From assembly GCA_010093705.1 (NCBI GenBank), contig MU006093.1, forward strand, positions 1,323,301 through 1,387,300: a DNA stretch of 64,000 nt, given 5' to 3'. Shown here piece by piece: positions 1 through 12,081 of the stretch (position 1 is its first letter; the number at the start of each line of letters is the position of its first letter). The notes beneath the pieces are model-generated. The model was not told the origin of the DNA. It saw only the letters and a list, made by a program, of their open reading frames with translations, and did no database searches. Position numbers and translations under genes: made by a program. This DNA is from Patellaria atrata CBS 101060. Taxonomy: Eukaryota.

Positions 1-106
1 GCTGGTGCAAACAAAATACTCGACGAGGCGACCAATCATTTCCCCGAAGCAAGACAACATACTGATATCGAGAAAACACATCGAAATAGGCGCCATAATA
101 TCTAGG

Positions 107-1141
107 ATGGATGATCCGCTTGAACAAGCTCCAGCGGCCCTTCAGCTGCAGAACTCCTCCACCCAACCGTCTTCCACGATTCCCGATAGCGAGATCCGCA
201 ACACCACCACCAAAGAAAACCTACAAGGAGCAGCCAAAGGAAACATTCGACAACCCATGGAAGACGACGCAGACAAAACAACACTCTTTTCACTGCGAGC
301 CCGTCCAACCCTCGTCACCATCCCTCCCGAAATCCACCACGAGATCCTCAACTACCTGCCCTCTCCCTCCCTCCACATCCTCTCGACCCTCCACCCCCGC
401 CTCCAAGCCCTCCACCACGCCCACATCCGCCACTTCCTCTCCCTCCCTTCACCCCTCCCCCACACGATCGCCCTAACCCTCGGCATCGAAACCGGCGTCC
501 TCGCCTACCGCGACTGGGACACCCAGCGGCGCTCCCCCTTCTACTTCAAATTCTCCTTCGGCCACGACCTCGAATGGTTCTTCCCGGTGCTTCCCTCCTT
601 CCACGTCACCGGCGCCCTCACGGAGAAGCTCCGGGCCCACGACCTCGACGCCGTCCGTCGCGTCTTCGCTGAGTGCGATAGGGCGCTGCATGTCGTCGTG
701 GCGAAGATGATGGCGGGGAAGCCGGACTGGACCTTTGCGAGCTTCGGGGATGAGACAAACGAAGACATCCGCGCTCAGGAAGCCGAGGCGCGCTTCTCGA
801 CCGACCAATTTGGACCTGGTGTGCCCACGCCGCCGGACTGGCGGGATGAGGAGGTCACCGGCGCGGACTGGGTCGAGACGCTGCGGTTGCTGAGGAAGTG
901 GTGTCGGTGGGAGTGCTTCGGACGGGTGTTTGAGGGCAAGACGGATAAGTGCGTAGGGGAGGGGGTGCATGAGAGGGAGACGTGGCTCGTCAGGAGGGAA
1001 TTGTGGCGGTGGTTTTGGGGGGATGCGGTTAGGGAGGGGCGGTTGGCTGGCGGGCCAAGGGGAGTGAGATCAGTTGAGGAGGGTCAGGGCCGCACAGGAA
1101 TGGTGGGGATGAGATACGGAGAGGGGGTTTTTTGGCTGTGA
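107..1141 (+). CDS. F-box domain protein, otherwise uncharacterised
   Basis: Single-exon ORF with first in-frame ATG at 107. Motif LVTIPPEIHHEILNYLPSPSLHILSTLHPRL fits the F-box consensus (L..LP.EI...IL.YL....L..L). Confidence 0.6.
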   Translation: MDDPLEQAPAALQLQNSSTQPSSTIPDSEIRNTTTKENLQGAAKGNIRQPMEDDADKTTLFSLRARPTLVTIPPEIHHEILNYLPSPSLHILSTLHPRLQALHHAHIRHFLSLPSPLPHTIALTLGIETGVLAYRDWDTQRRSPFYFKFSFGHDLEWFFPVLPSFHVTGALTEKLRAHDLDAVRRVFAECDRALHVVVAKMMAGKPDWTFASFGDETNEDIRAQEAEARFSTDQFGPGVPTPPDWRDEEVTGADWVETLRLLRKWCRWECFGRVFEGKTDKCVGEGVHERETWLVRRELWRWFWGDAVREGRLAGGPRGVRSVEEGQGRTGMVGMRYGEGVFWL

Positions 1142-1389
1142 AATTGTTGGACTAAGGTGATAAGACTATCTTAGAACTGCAGGACGGATTAAAGCTGGAA
1201 GTTTTATGTATAAGGTACTTGGTGCATAGACGAATAAAGGTTGGACAATGTATAGAAGTGACTAATTGGAATGTTCTATTGCTAAGCTAGCATGTACCAA
1301 AATGCGAATACAATAAATGTACACTATTGAGGTTTCTTACCCTCTCTAGTCCTTGTCCACCCCTTTTGTATACTTACATAGGAACGTTA

Positions 1390-3729
1390 TTAATCTACAA
1401 GTAAACTTTGAAGTCTAGCTTCCGTTGCAATGACCTATAGGAAGTTAGTTTCACATAAGAGAATAACATATTCTTCCCCAATGGCGACCCTAGCCAACTG
1501 TACGCTTATAAACTGTCACTCTGTATAGCAAGCGTCCAGTAACCTAGGAAAGCTAATGGGTGACCAACAAGTAAAGTAGAAAGAGGTACTTACATCAAGC
1601 GCCTGCTTAACTTCTAACACCTTCCTGCACTCTGCAACCCAGTCTCTACTTAAAGTCCTTGCCCAGCCGGTGAGCGAATTCATCTCCCTTGCCGCGTCAT
1701 CTAAATTACCCTCTTCTAATAACACCTCTGTTCGTGTTAGCACGCTCTCGACATCGTCTCCAACGGGTAGTCCCTTTTTCTTGAACATGACTTTGCTAAG
1801 CAACAGGCTGGCCGCATGTGATGCCACTCCCGCATCCTCGGGAAGCAGAGAAGCCTTGCGGACTTCGGTAGCAACCCGACGGAAGCGGTCGATCAGTTGT
1901 GCCGTGGTTGGAATGCCACGTTGATATGCTGAGGGATGGATCGATGCGATAGCAGCGTTGATGACAGGATCGTCAGATGCGATTTCCTTGAGCGCGACTA
2001 GCTCCTTGATGAAAGGGGTCGGGCGATCTGCGTGTTCAAGTGCGCTTTTCACACCCTCGACCGCAACATGGATGTATTGGGTTTTGAGGTTCGCGTCAAC
2101 AATCCGGTTCCATTCTCCCGTTAGTCTCTCCAGCTCTTCTACTTCTGATTGAAGCTCAGACAGCTTAGAGAGACGACCAGATCGCTCAGTCTCTACGCGA
2201 TCGCGGATCGAATCGGTAAAGTTGCGTTGAAGTTGGATAGACTGCTCGAGGAGCTGGTTTTTTAGCTTTTGTTCATATATCTTGTTGGCCGCTTCTATCT
2301 CTGCCGCAACTTTTTCTTGGTAAGATTTCGCGAGCTTCTCACGTTCAGACTCATATTCCTCCCTCCAGTGATTCTCCTGATCTTTCATCTCAACTTCTAG
2401 ACGGCGGACGAGTTCCTTAGCTGCATTGTCAAATTCCATGTGGCTATTGTGAATCTTGTCTTCTGCTTCTTTCTGTGCCGCCGACTTGAGCGCTGAGACA
2501 TCGGTTAGAATCTTGGATAAGCTCTCCTTAGCTTGAGATATAGTCAAAGAATATTTTCCAGACGCATTGTCCGCGTTGATGACCGTGATGATGTTATTTA
2601 GGACCTTGACGATATCTTGAACAACTGGTTCTTCTGCTTGGGGAATTTCTAGGTTGTCGATCAAAGGCGCAGGGGGTGGAGCGGGTTTCGCTTCCTCAAC
2701 CTTCTTCTCTTCAACTTTTGGGGTCTCAGTCTGTGGTAGAGAAGATTTCGGTAACAATTCATGTGATGACGATTTCTCCTCCGGTTTTGCACTTTCTTTT
2801 GCCTGTTCCACGGCCGTAATCTTCTTTGATGGTTCCGCTATTTTTGGATCCCCAGCAGCAGTATCTGCTTTTTGCTTACCCTCCTCTACAGCGCTGAGAT
2901 GTGGTGCGGCTGCGCCAAGGTCGGTCTTTCTATCACTGGTAGCGACTCTCGGAGCTAGCCCACTATGACTAGGAATAGTAACCTTGTTCTCTCCTTTAAC
3001 TTGTTCGTGGTGTTTTGTTGTGACCGGTTTGCTAGGAAAACGTTTACGGAACTCCCTGTCTTCGAAATAAGCGACAGCGTCCTCTCCATAGGGTATGTAT
3101 TCCGTGAAGAAGTCGTGGAAGTTATCCGAGATAAGTGAATAGTAGACGCCACCTGCATAGCCCAGGCCTGAGAGTATCAATAACGTGAGTAAAAAGGTAC
3201 GGAATCTGCGCGATTTCTTCTTTGGAATTGGTGATGGAGGTGTAGGCTCGTTACCCGCAGGAGGAGCTACAGTAGCTGTGCCTGTTCCAGTTGGGGGTAC
3301 TGGAGTCGGTGATGAGGTTTTAGGCGGTACTGAACTCGATGTGGTTGACTTAGATGCGGTTTGACCGGACGCAATTGAACCAGTTGTTTCAGGGCTGGGA
3401 GGAGACTTAGGAATGTTTTCCAGCGGTACGTTTGACGGGGAAACGGGAGAGGTCTGTAAAATCGGCGGTGGTGGGATATCATTGGGAGCTTTAGAGCTCC
3501 CAGTCCCCGGTATTAGAGTCTCATCTGCCCTCTTACCATCTGCAAGATACCTCTGTTTTCGCATTGACTGTTAGGACATTGATACGCGGCAGGGGTTGCG
3601 GGATAGATTTCGTACCTGGCCAAGGAACGAGAACGAAACTCGCTGCACAGGATGCCATTGAGATGTAGTCCTGGCTTTGAGAGCTCCTGTGGCGATACCT
3701 CTACTCCGTAAAAGAGGCGCGCGCAGCAT
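1390..3729 (-). CDS. MIC60: MICOS subunit Mic60 (mitofilin); exons 3729-3616, 3552-1594, 1434-1390
   Basis: Arg-rich mitochondrial presequence (MLRAPLLRSR...), single TM segment (FLLTLLILSGLGYAGGVYYSL), long coiled coil, mitofilin domain (LIDRFRRVATEVRKASLLPEDAGVASHA...GNLDDAAREMNSLTGWA). The spliced last exon gives the typical end VIATEARLQSLLVD*. Confidence 0.95.
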
Positions 3730-4042
3730 TATGTGCTGCTGGAGTGAGTATAGAGCTTCAGCAAGATTGGAGATGTTTTGGTCGTTGCGGAGGAAGCAGA
3801 GCAATGAGCGAAGCCCTGATGTTGGGAACCGCGTTACCAAGCATCACAAAAGATGATCGGGAACACCACAGTCTAAAAAGAATCTCATGCTAGAAGCTGT
3901 TCTATTCCCGCCATGGTTTTTAAATGTTTAAATATTATATTATCATTTATTCTATTTGCGCCTACGAAAGTGGTATCTCCAGAGGATTATGCTAGTAGCC
4001 ATGACTGAAGTAAGAGTACAAAGAGGAATAACAGACGACAAT

Positions 4043-6266
4043 CTATTCAATTCTCTTCTTACCTTCCTCGAGGTAGCCTAACCTCGCATCACTTCTACCT
4101 CTTTCGTGTCGGCCGGCGCCGACAAGAGGCCCAATCACGGCATTGCTACGTACAGAATCAAGTGCATCTTGATAGCCCTCATTCGCATAAGGTGGTGTAT
4201 TGAGTTTTGGCCAGTTAACCTGCTTCTCGTTAGATAGAACGATGGTAACATACAACGGTGTACTTACATAGAGAGTTCCATGTGTTAAAACAAAACGAAT
4301 ACAAACACCAGCTACCGCAAGGAAAACTAGCATTAGAACTCTAAGGGGCCAGACTGTTGCATCAGCTGGCCGTTGAGTGAGAGCTCCAATGAGTACGAAG
4401 AAGAGGCTTCCCGCAATGATGTACGGTATTGACTGGACGAATACCGGTCTACGATCAACGAACATGAAGTTGCTCCCGATATTGGATGTAGAAGGGAGAT
4501 ATGTACCAAGGAGAAGATCGAATGCATCTTGTCGAGGTCCGTCGGTAAAATTGTTGCGAACGTAACGGGTGCATGAATTGTTCAGGTCTTGGAGCATGCC
4601 AGCTCTGGTACGGTTTCCAGTACGAGTGAAGTCGGTTTTTAGAGCACCAGTACCCGAATAAGACTTAGATACAACATCTGCATTGTCTGCCCACACATTT
4701 CGAAAGAGGGTCTCGAATGCGGCATCATCCTGAGCGAGCTCCCCTTCCCGCAGAATACCGACATCTATCAACATCCTACTTAGAACGAATCTTCCAAGCA
4801 TGCTCTGCACGACATTGGTGCGATCCAGACAATCCATGCAATTAGTTCTAACAACTGCTCTTTGAAGGTTGCGGATTTCCGTTTTCCCAGGTGTTCCTGG
4901 CGTGTCAACACCACGGAAGTATCCGTGTTCCAAAATAGGTTTCTCCAGTTGCTCTAAAAGGAGTTGTGCACGATGCCATCTCAAGCCCTTCGTCTCATGG
5001 TGGAAGTCGAAGTATATATAATGTAACCTATCATATCTCTGCTTTTCCTTTAATGATTCTATCACCTTAAATTTCTCACTTGTGACCTGATCTCCCTCTC
5101 TTTCTTGTTCGGGCGAGGAAACTAAAATCTTGACCATCTGTTCATAGGCTTCCTTCACTCTTATCTCACGCCCTTTCTGATTGACAAGGTTCACCAACCA
5201 GTTGTCCCCATACAGCCTGATTTGTTCGTCAAAATGAAGCTTTGCGGCATGTACGGCGCTTTCTACTCCTCGAACCTGGAGTTTCGGGGTATACTTCAAA
5301 GTATTGATTTCAGCCCAATAGACAGGAACACTTCCTCTGGTCTGTACATATGACAGAACCTGAGAGTCTGGACCCGCAGCTTTGGATTTCTCATCTTGAA
5401 AACCTCCATCACCAGCAAAGCCCACAAGACCAGTTGAGGAGTTATCATTAAGGATGATGGCCTGCTCGGTCTCATTGTAATTGGCTACGTGGCCTTGCTC
5501 GTCTACCCCACGGGTAAAGTAACGGGTTCCGGCACGATGTCTGGATCTTCTGGTTATGAGAATAAATGTCAACGGCGCACCCTTCACGGAGGTATTTGTA
5601 ATACGCAACATTCCAAACATGACGGGGAGTATATAGGGATCAACTTCAGATTGTGTCCCTAAGGATTGTCGTCCAAAGCCGGTCCCACCACCGCTCCTAA
5701 AGTCTATGAGGTCTGTTTGGATGAACCTATTCCAAAAGAATCTATCGTCCGCTCGTTTCCACAAAGGGAGACTTGTATCACTCTGGATTTGCCGTTGGAA
5801 GCTATTCGTAATATCAAAAGAGTAAGAAAAGTACATTGGGCCGGTCTTGAGCAGTGTCTTGATCAATGACAGATATACATCTTCGTCAGGATCGTGAAGT
5901 GGGCGCTCTCGGAGAGGGAGCAATTCTGTGGAGATAACCTTGTATATCATATGGCCTTTCAATCGTCCCATGGGTTGTCCCTTGGTGATGACAATGATAT
6001 ATTTGTCTATCGAGTGTACATGAGCGTAACGTGGGGCAAGTTTGTGGAATATTGTATCTACCTAATCGCAACTTGATTATACCCAATATGCCCGCGACGC
6101 TCGAGACGCGCTTAGCTCCCAGCATCTTGTCATAATTCAATCGCAGATCGCCCGAGGGCCTGTCTACCACCAAAGTAGGCGCCGAGGGCGAAGAGGGCGA
6201 CGAGAAGGCATAGTAAGAGGGCGAGGCATGGACATTGATGTCTCTAAATGGAAGAACGGCGGCCAT
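4043..6266 (-). CDS. SAC1: Sac1 phosphoinositide phosphatase (3 exons)
   Basis: Catalytic CX5R motif RTNCMDCLDRTNV, RRSRHRAGTRYFTRG and YSGTGALKTDFTRTG motifs, two C-terminal TM helices. GT-AG introns at about 6061-6007 and 4269-4221. Confidence 0.96.
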
Positions 6267-6703
6267 TGTAGCGCGTCCGACGGGACGTATCGAGAGATAC
6301 TTCGGTGTTGCAAGTAATTATACGTAGCCAAATGAATGTTGTGCCGGATAAGTCTCAAGAACGGGGTGTTCAGAGTGAAAATCGTGCCAATAGGTTTAAG
6401 ACACAAAGTTGCACTTTTTAGAATTTGGAGTTGTCTGTTTGGCCGGGGGGCAAGGGCTGTGACGACGACGGGAGGTTTGAAGGTGGCTGAAATCATCACT
6501 CACGCGCGGACCCCAAGTTCAACTTCTTTGACCTCAACTACAACAACCTTGAACCCTCACATCCCCAGTAATCAACTTCTGTTAGATAGACCTAACATCT
6601 ACACCAAAGAAGCATACTCAACTCCGCAACACCCACAGCGATTGTTTGACTCTTCATCTCTCGAGTCCGCGATACCGACTTACACATCTCCCGACTTTCC
6701 GAT

Positions 6704-7587
6704 ATGGCTTCTAGAGTGCAGCAAGGCGGGCGACCTGGCGGGTCACGGTTCTCTCAGTTCAAGTTAGTTTTACTAGGTATATCAGCTCTATCCTCTCATT
6801 CAGAGTTACATACTAACGTCACTCCAGGAGAGTCCGCGGTTGGGAAGGTTCGTTAGTCTACTCCAAGGCAACAAAGCTAGCAGTACTGATACAGCTTCTA
6901 GAGTTCCCTTGTTCTACGATTTGTTAAGGTAAGCATGTCTAAAGTGGTTCAACCTTCAGCAGTACCCGTGATTATTGACACGGGTTTGCGCAGGATCAAT
7001 TCGACGACTACCGGGAATCTACGATTGGAGCCGCATTCCTGACGCAAACCATCGCCTTAGACGAGACAACGACGGTAAAATTCGAAATATGGGACACAGC
7101 TGGTCAAGAGCGATATAAATCCCTCGCTCCCATGTACTACAGGAATGCGAATTGCGCAGTCGTTGTATATGATATTAGCCAAGCGGTATGTGCCGCTGGA
7201 AGTAGTGAGCGTCGTCAAGTTGGCTAACGGGTGGTACAGTCTTCATTGGACAAAGCCAAAGCTTGGGTAAAAGAGCTTCAGCGTCAAGCAAATGAGAATA
7301 TTATCATCGCTCTGGCGGGAAACAAGCTAGATCTCGTCACCGAGAACCCCGACAAGCGCGCGATCCCTACCGCGGACGCTGAACAATACGCAAAGGAAGC
7401 CGGTCTCCTCTTCTTCGAGACATCTGCTAAGACATCCGAGAATGTCAAAGAACTTTTCACTGCTATAGCGAAGAAATTGCCACTGGACCAAGGAGGACCA
7501 CGGAATATCAGGTCTGGACCTAGGCAAGGGGTTGATCTTCGACCAGAAGCGTCAAGCACAGTCGGCGCTTCTGGATGCAACTGCTAG
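6704..7587 (+). CDS. Rab5-family small GTPase (Ypt5/Ypt52-like), 5 exons including two micro-exons
   Basis: Spliced product [59 protein letters not shown]...[18 protein letters not shown]...GNKLD...ETSAK, ending in the CXC prenylation motif GCNC. Confidence 0.95.
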
Positions 7588-8233
7588 ACTATCGTCTTTC
7601 ATTTCCTGTCCTTTCTTGGTGGCCCAAAGCCGGAGTTCGATCCTGCTCTAAGTGTAATTTTACCTACGCTAAGGGCACATCTAAATGGAACCTGTTGTTG
7701 GCGTCAGATCAAGGCTGGGTTTATAGTTTCCATTCGTCCTTCTTCCGTTTATCATTTTCCTCGGTGTTTTTGGCCCGTGGATATGTCTTATAAGATTTTG
7801 AATATACTAATGATTACCCAGACCGCGATTACTTTGTGCTAGAATGCTCAATTGTTTAATATCTCTAACATGCATTTTTCATACAGTTGGAGATTATATA
7901 ATGTACACTTTGCTGTCACATCACTATGGTATATCAACTATATGCCTCATTGAATGCTCCGCTGTTTGCCAACTACTGCGCCATACCTCAGTTTCCCATG
8001 CTCCTATGTTCATTATGCCAAACTCGCTACTCGTACATGAAAGTATATGTACAGTGGACATGATCCAAACTCTGGTTTTGCCGACTCACGGTTCGGATGA
8101 AATGTATAAAAACCTGTGCGTAGGTGCAGTCCTATGCAGCCGCATCATCCTGCAGTTCTAAAACTGTAGGAACAAGTAGTAATGACGTTCAGATAGAAGA
8201 GACTGAATGCTCCCACTGTTCGAGATCCTCGAA

Positions 8234-8778
8234 TTACTTTTTCTTCTCTGCAGCTTCTTTAACCGCGTCTAACACACCCACCGTCTTTTCCTCAAATTTC
8301 TCCGCCAACTGCTTTTCTCGCTTCTCCTTCGCCGCCCTCCTTAAGGACTTGATCTCTTGGTTCTCCCGATCTCTTGCCTCCAACTCCGCAATCCACTTTG
8401 CATGCTTCTCCCTATCCGCCTTCTCTTTCACCACCGCCTCGAACTCCTTCCGCTTCACTCTATCGCTTTGCCAGTAAAAGCTCCCTGCGACAATCGCTAC
8501 CAGCGTGAAGCCTTGTGCGTATATTCTTCGTCGGAACATGCGGTTTGTCTGGTGATGGTCGCCTTTGCGCATCGCCTTTGAGGCGCCGATGAGAGCCCAT
8601 ATTGTTAGGGCGCAGCCGAACGGGATGAGGGGCTCTTCCCGGAGACGCCGAATGAGCTTTTGGGGGCGAGATTCTTCATAAAAATCACTATTTCACGGTT
8701 AATACGGGGTCAAGTGGAAGGGGGATGGGAGGCGAACTGGTTGTCGTCGAAGGACGAGGGTAGGGGAACTTCGGACAT
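8234..8778 (-). CDS. RCF1: Respiratory supercomplex factor 1 (HIG1 domain)
   Basis: MSEVPLPSSFDD | DFYEESRPQKLIRRLREEPLIPFG...MFRRRIYAQGFTLVA, the HIG1 signature; one intron. Confidence 0.93.
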
Positions 8779-9088
8779 GATGATAGCACCAGATTGAGGT
8801 ACTTTCGAATCGAACGAGCAGGAGGTTCAGTGAACAGATCGAGGAGAATGCGGTTAAATTATAGAATAGAGCTTTATTAAGTGGTTTCAACGAGGGGGGA
8901 TGTTAAACATCCCTCGTCTTCTTCCAGTTCTGACAAACTCATGAACTCATAGAAGCACAGACATCTTGGCAGTGCGGCCAATCTTTCTGCCGGCACTTTG
9001 CATTTTGCATGCAGATATTGTGAACTTTTTGCGCCGCATTACAGAAAGGCCCTTCCGTTCAAAGGAATAGCTTGACACTGCAGATATT

Positions 9089-11214
9089 ATGACAAAGATA
9101 AAGAAGAAGGGTATACGGCGCAGAATCACGATGAGTTCTTTTACAGCTAACATTTCCATAGGAACCTCAGGCCAGGCCAAAAACTTCATAACCAGAACGC
9201 AAGCTGTGCGCAAGCTCCAGATCTCGCTGCCAGACTTTAGAAGGTTGTGTATTTTTAAAGGTAGATTGCTGCTTGTCCTAAGGACTAATTTGTAATTCTA
9301 ATCCTCTTTCAAGGCATATATCCCCGAGAACCTCGAAATAAGAAGAAGGCATCCAAGGGTTCTACGGCGTCTGTCACATTCTACTATACGAAGGACATAC
9401 AATATCTTCTCCATGATCCGCTCCTTAATAAAATCAGGGACCATAAAGCCCTATCAAAAAAGATTAGCAGAGCGTTGGGAAGGGGTGAGGTAAAAGATGC
9501 TGCCCGGTTAGAACGAACACACACTCCGAAGATTACGCTCGATCACATCATAAAAGAAAGATACCCCACATTTGTCGATGCTCTACGAGATCTTGACGAT
9601 TGTCTGTCGATGTTATTTCTCTTTGCTAATCTACCCTCTACAACCGCGGTTCCTCCCAAAACTATCGCGTTGTGTCAACGGTTATGTACCGAGTTCGAGC
9701 ACTATCTTATCGCCTCACACTCACTCCGAAAATCTTTTTTGTCAATAAAAGGGATATATTATCAAGCAACAGTTCAGGGGCAAGACATACTTTGGTTGGT
9801 ACCATACAAGTTTGTCCAAAGAGTTACGGGTGATATTGATTTCCGGATAATGGGGACGTTTGTAGAGTTCTATACAACGTTGATCGGATTCGTCAACTTT
9901 AGGTTGTACACATCTATAGGGTTGGTTTATCCTCCTAAGTTCGACCAGAAAAGTGATGACCGAGGGGGTGAACTTGGAGCTTTCACTTTAGAGGGAAAAG
10001 CTATCGGTGTAGACCACCTGGCTCTTCCATCTGTGCCCTACACGAATGGGCATGCTCCAAACGGGACGGTATCTGAGGCTGCCCAAGCACAAGCAGATAA
10101 GATAGCGGCACTCCAAATTGATAATGAAGAGCAAGAAGAGCGAACTGTGCAATCGGAACAGGAGGCGGACACCGTAGACGAAAAGACAGACACCTTTGAT
10201 CCAATTAGTCAAGATGCAGATATTCTACCCCAACCGCAAATATCGAGCTCTGAAGCCTCTACACTTTTCTCGAATTTCACTTTCTACCTCTCCCGCGAAA
10301 CTCCACGCCACGCCCTCGAATTCATCCTCAAAGCTTTCGGTTGCAAACGTGTCGGTTGGGATGCGGTACTCGGCGATGGAGCATTCACATCGGACGAGTC
10401 AGATCCCACGATCACTCACCAGGTAGTCGACCGACCGAACCTACCGCTTCCTCCCATCCCCGCACCCGAAAACGGTGGCTCTGGCTTCAGCAAGTCGTTG
10501 AGACCAGGCACACGCGTCCCCGGAAGGACATATGTGCAACCGCAGTGGATCTGGGACTGCGTCAACCAGGGACGGTTATTGAGGCCCGATCTCTACGCAC
10601 CAGGGGCGACATTGCCTCCTCACTTGAGCCCATGGGTTAAGCCTAAGAAGGGCGAGTACGACCCTACTGCGCCACTTGCCGAGCAGGAACAAGAGGGAGA
10701 GGCTGAGGCTGCGGAGTTGGATGATGAGGCGGAGCTAGAAGATGAGGAAGATGCGGAAGAGAGTGAAGACGATGTTGATGGTCAACCGAATAGCATAACC
10801 GAAGAGGAGAAGGGTATGATAGTTGCTCTCGCCGAAGAGGACGATGATGATGAGGATGAAGCGCTTGGCGAGGAATGGAGTGGCGTCTCAGACTCTGAAG
10901 TAGAAACCGATGATGAGATGGACACCGCTAACGTTGCGAATCTCCAACACCAGCGCGAGTTGGAGGCAGAAGCAGCAGGATTGCCATTCTCAAATGTAGA
11001 TAGTGCTGGTAGTACGCCTGGCAAAGCCCTCAAGGCAAAGAAGCAGATGGCGAAGAAGAAGAAGGGTGAGGAAGAGGAGCTGGAGAGGCAAAAGATGATG
11101 ATGAGTCGCCGGAAAAGGAAGTTGCTGGAGAAAATAGTGTATTCGAATAACAAGAAGGAAGATGACGCCGCCAAGTTGAGGGCGAAGAGGAGAAAGATGG
11201 AAAACGCATCTTAG
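9089..11214 (+). CDS. NOP7: Pescadillo homolog, 60S ribosome biogenesis (PeBoW complex)
   Basis: [46 protein letters not shown]-terminus, [19 protein letters not shown] region ([12 protein letters not shown]...LPPHLSPW), acidic/basic tail; two 5' introns. Confidence 0.96.
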
Positions 11215-12081
11215 GGAAAAGGGCATGGGGTTTTGGTGTATTTCATAGGGTGCATATCCACCGACAATCATGAATTGCGTAACATGCTAGTTCAGCTTAA
11301 ACGTCTATCACAAGTCTACTCGTCTTCATACCTTTGACATGATATCTCTTCTCCTGTCACAATTTCTATTCCTTGACCTCTATTTATTTGTTGAATCTCT
11401 TTGGTACCCTGTGTATGTAAGCTTCAAGAGAGGTCCATAATTTATTCAGGAAACTGAAACAGTACGCTTACGAACTCCCAACTTTCTCATATTAGGGATC
11501 AGTTTACTGTACAACAGCAAACCATTGTTGCAACACCACACTATCATTATTCTGGATGCATACAGTAGTAGAGCTACTACTGTAAGAAAAGAAAAAACAT
11601 GAAACATGATTCCCAGGTTTTAATTATACGATCCCCCGGCCTTATATTTACACATTATTGGACGGGAGGGCTTAAGACGATCTTCTAGAAAATTAATTTA
11701 ATATGGGAAAAGAAGCCGTACTCCTCTTGACACCTCGACTTTTGCACCTTTTTGACACAAAGCTTTGATAGACCATCTCAATGACTCTCCTCCGTATGGG
11801 ACAGATATACCAAATGATAATTAGCAAGCAAGTTATGCGTTGCAGGACAAGTATACCCTTTCACGGGCGCATATGCCACCTAGTATATAAGTCGAAACAA
11901 CGGTAAGTACAAATATTTCCAGCATTTCTTCTACTCCTCGATTGCTCCATTCGATAGTAGAGTTTCCCTCTTCTCCTACACGTACGTCCATCCTCTACAT
12001 CCTCGATACGCGTGCTCACGACACGCGTTCCCTCCACCAAAACCCCCCTCATCAACTACCTCCACTCACCTCTCCTCCGCA

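Noticed and set aside
471..480. CCCTAACCCT (and AACCCTAACCC near 29340) as a telomerase RNA template or telomeric repeat
   Set aside because: Both lie inside coding exons within C-rich skew islands, with no flanking telomerase RNA features.
1435..1593. H/ACA snoRNA in the MIC60 intron
   Set aside because: An ANANNA-like AGAATA follows the hairpin, but there is no full second hairpin or terminal ACA.
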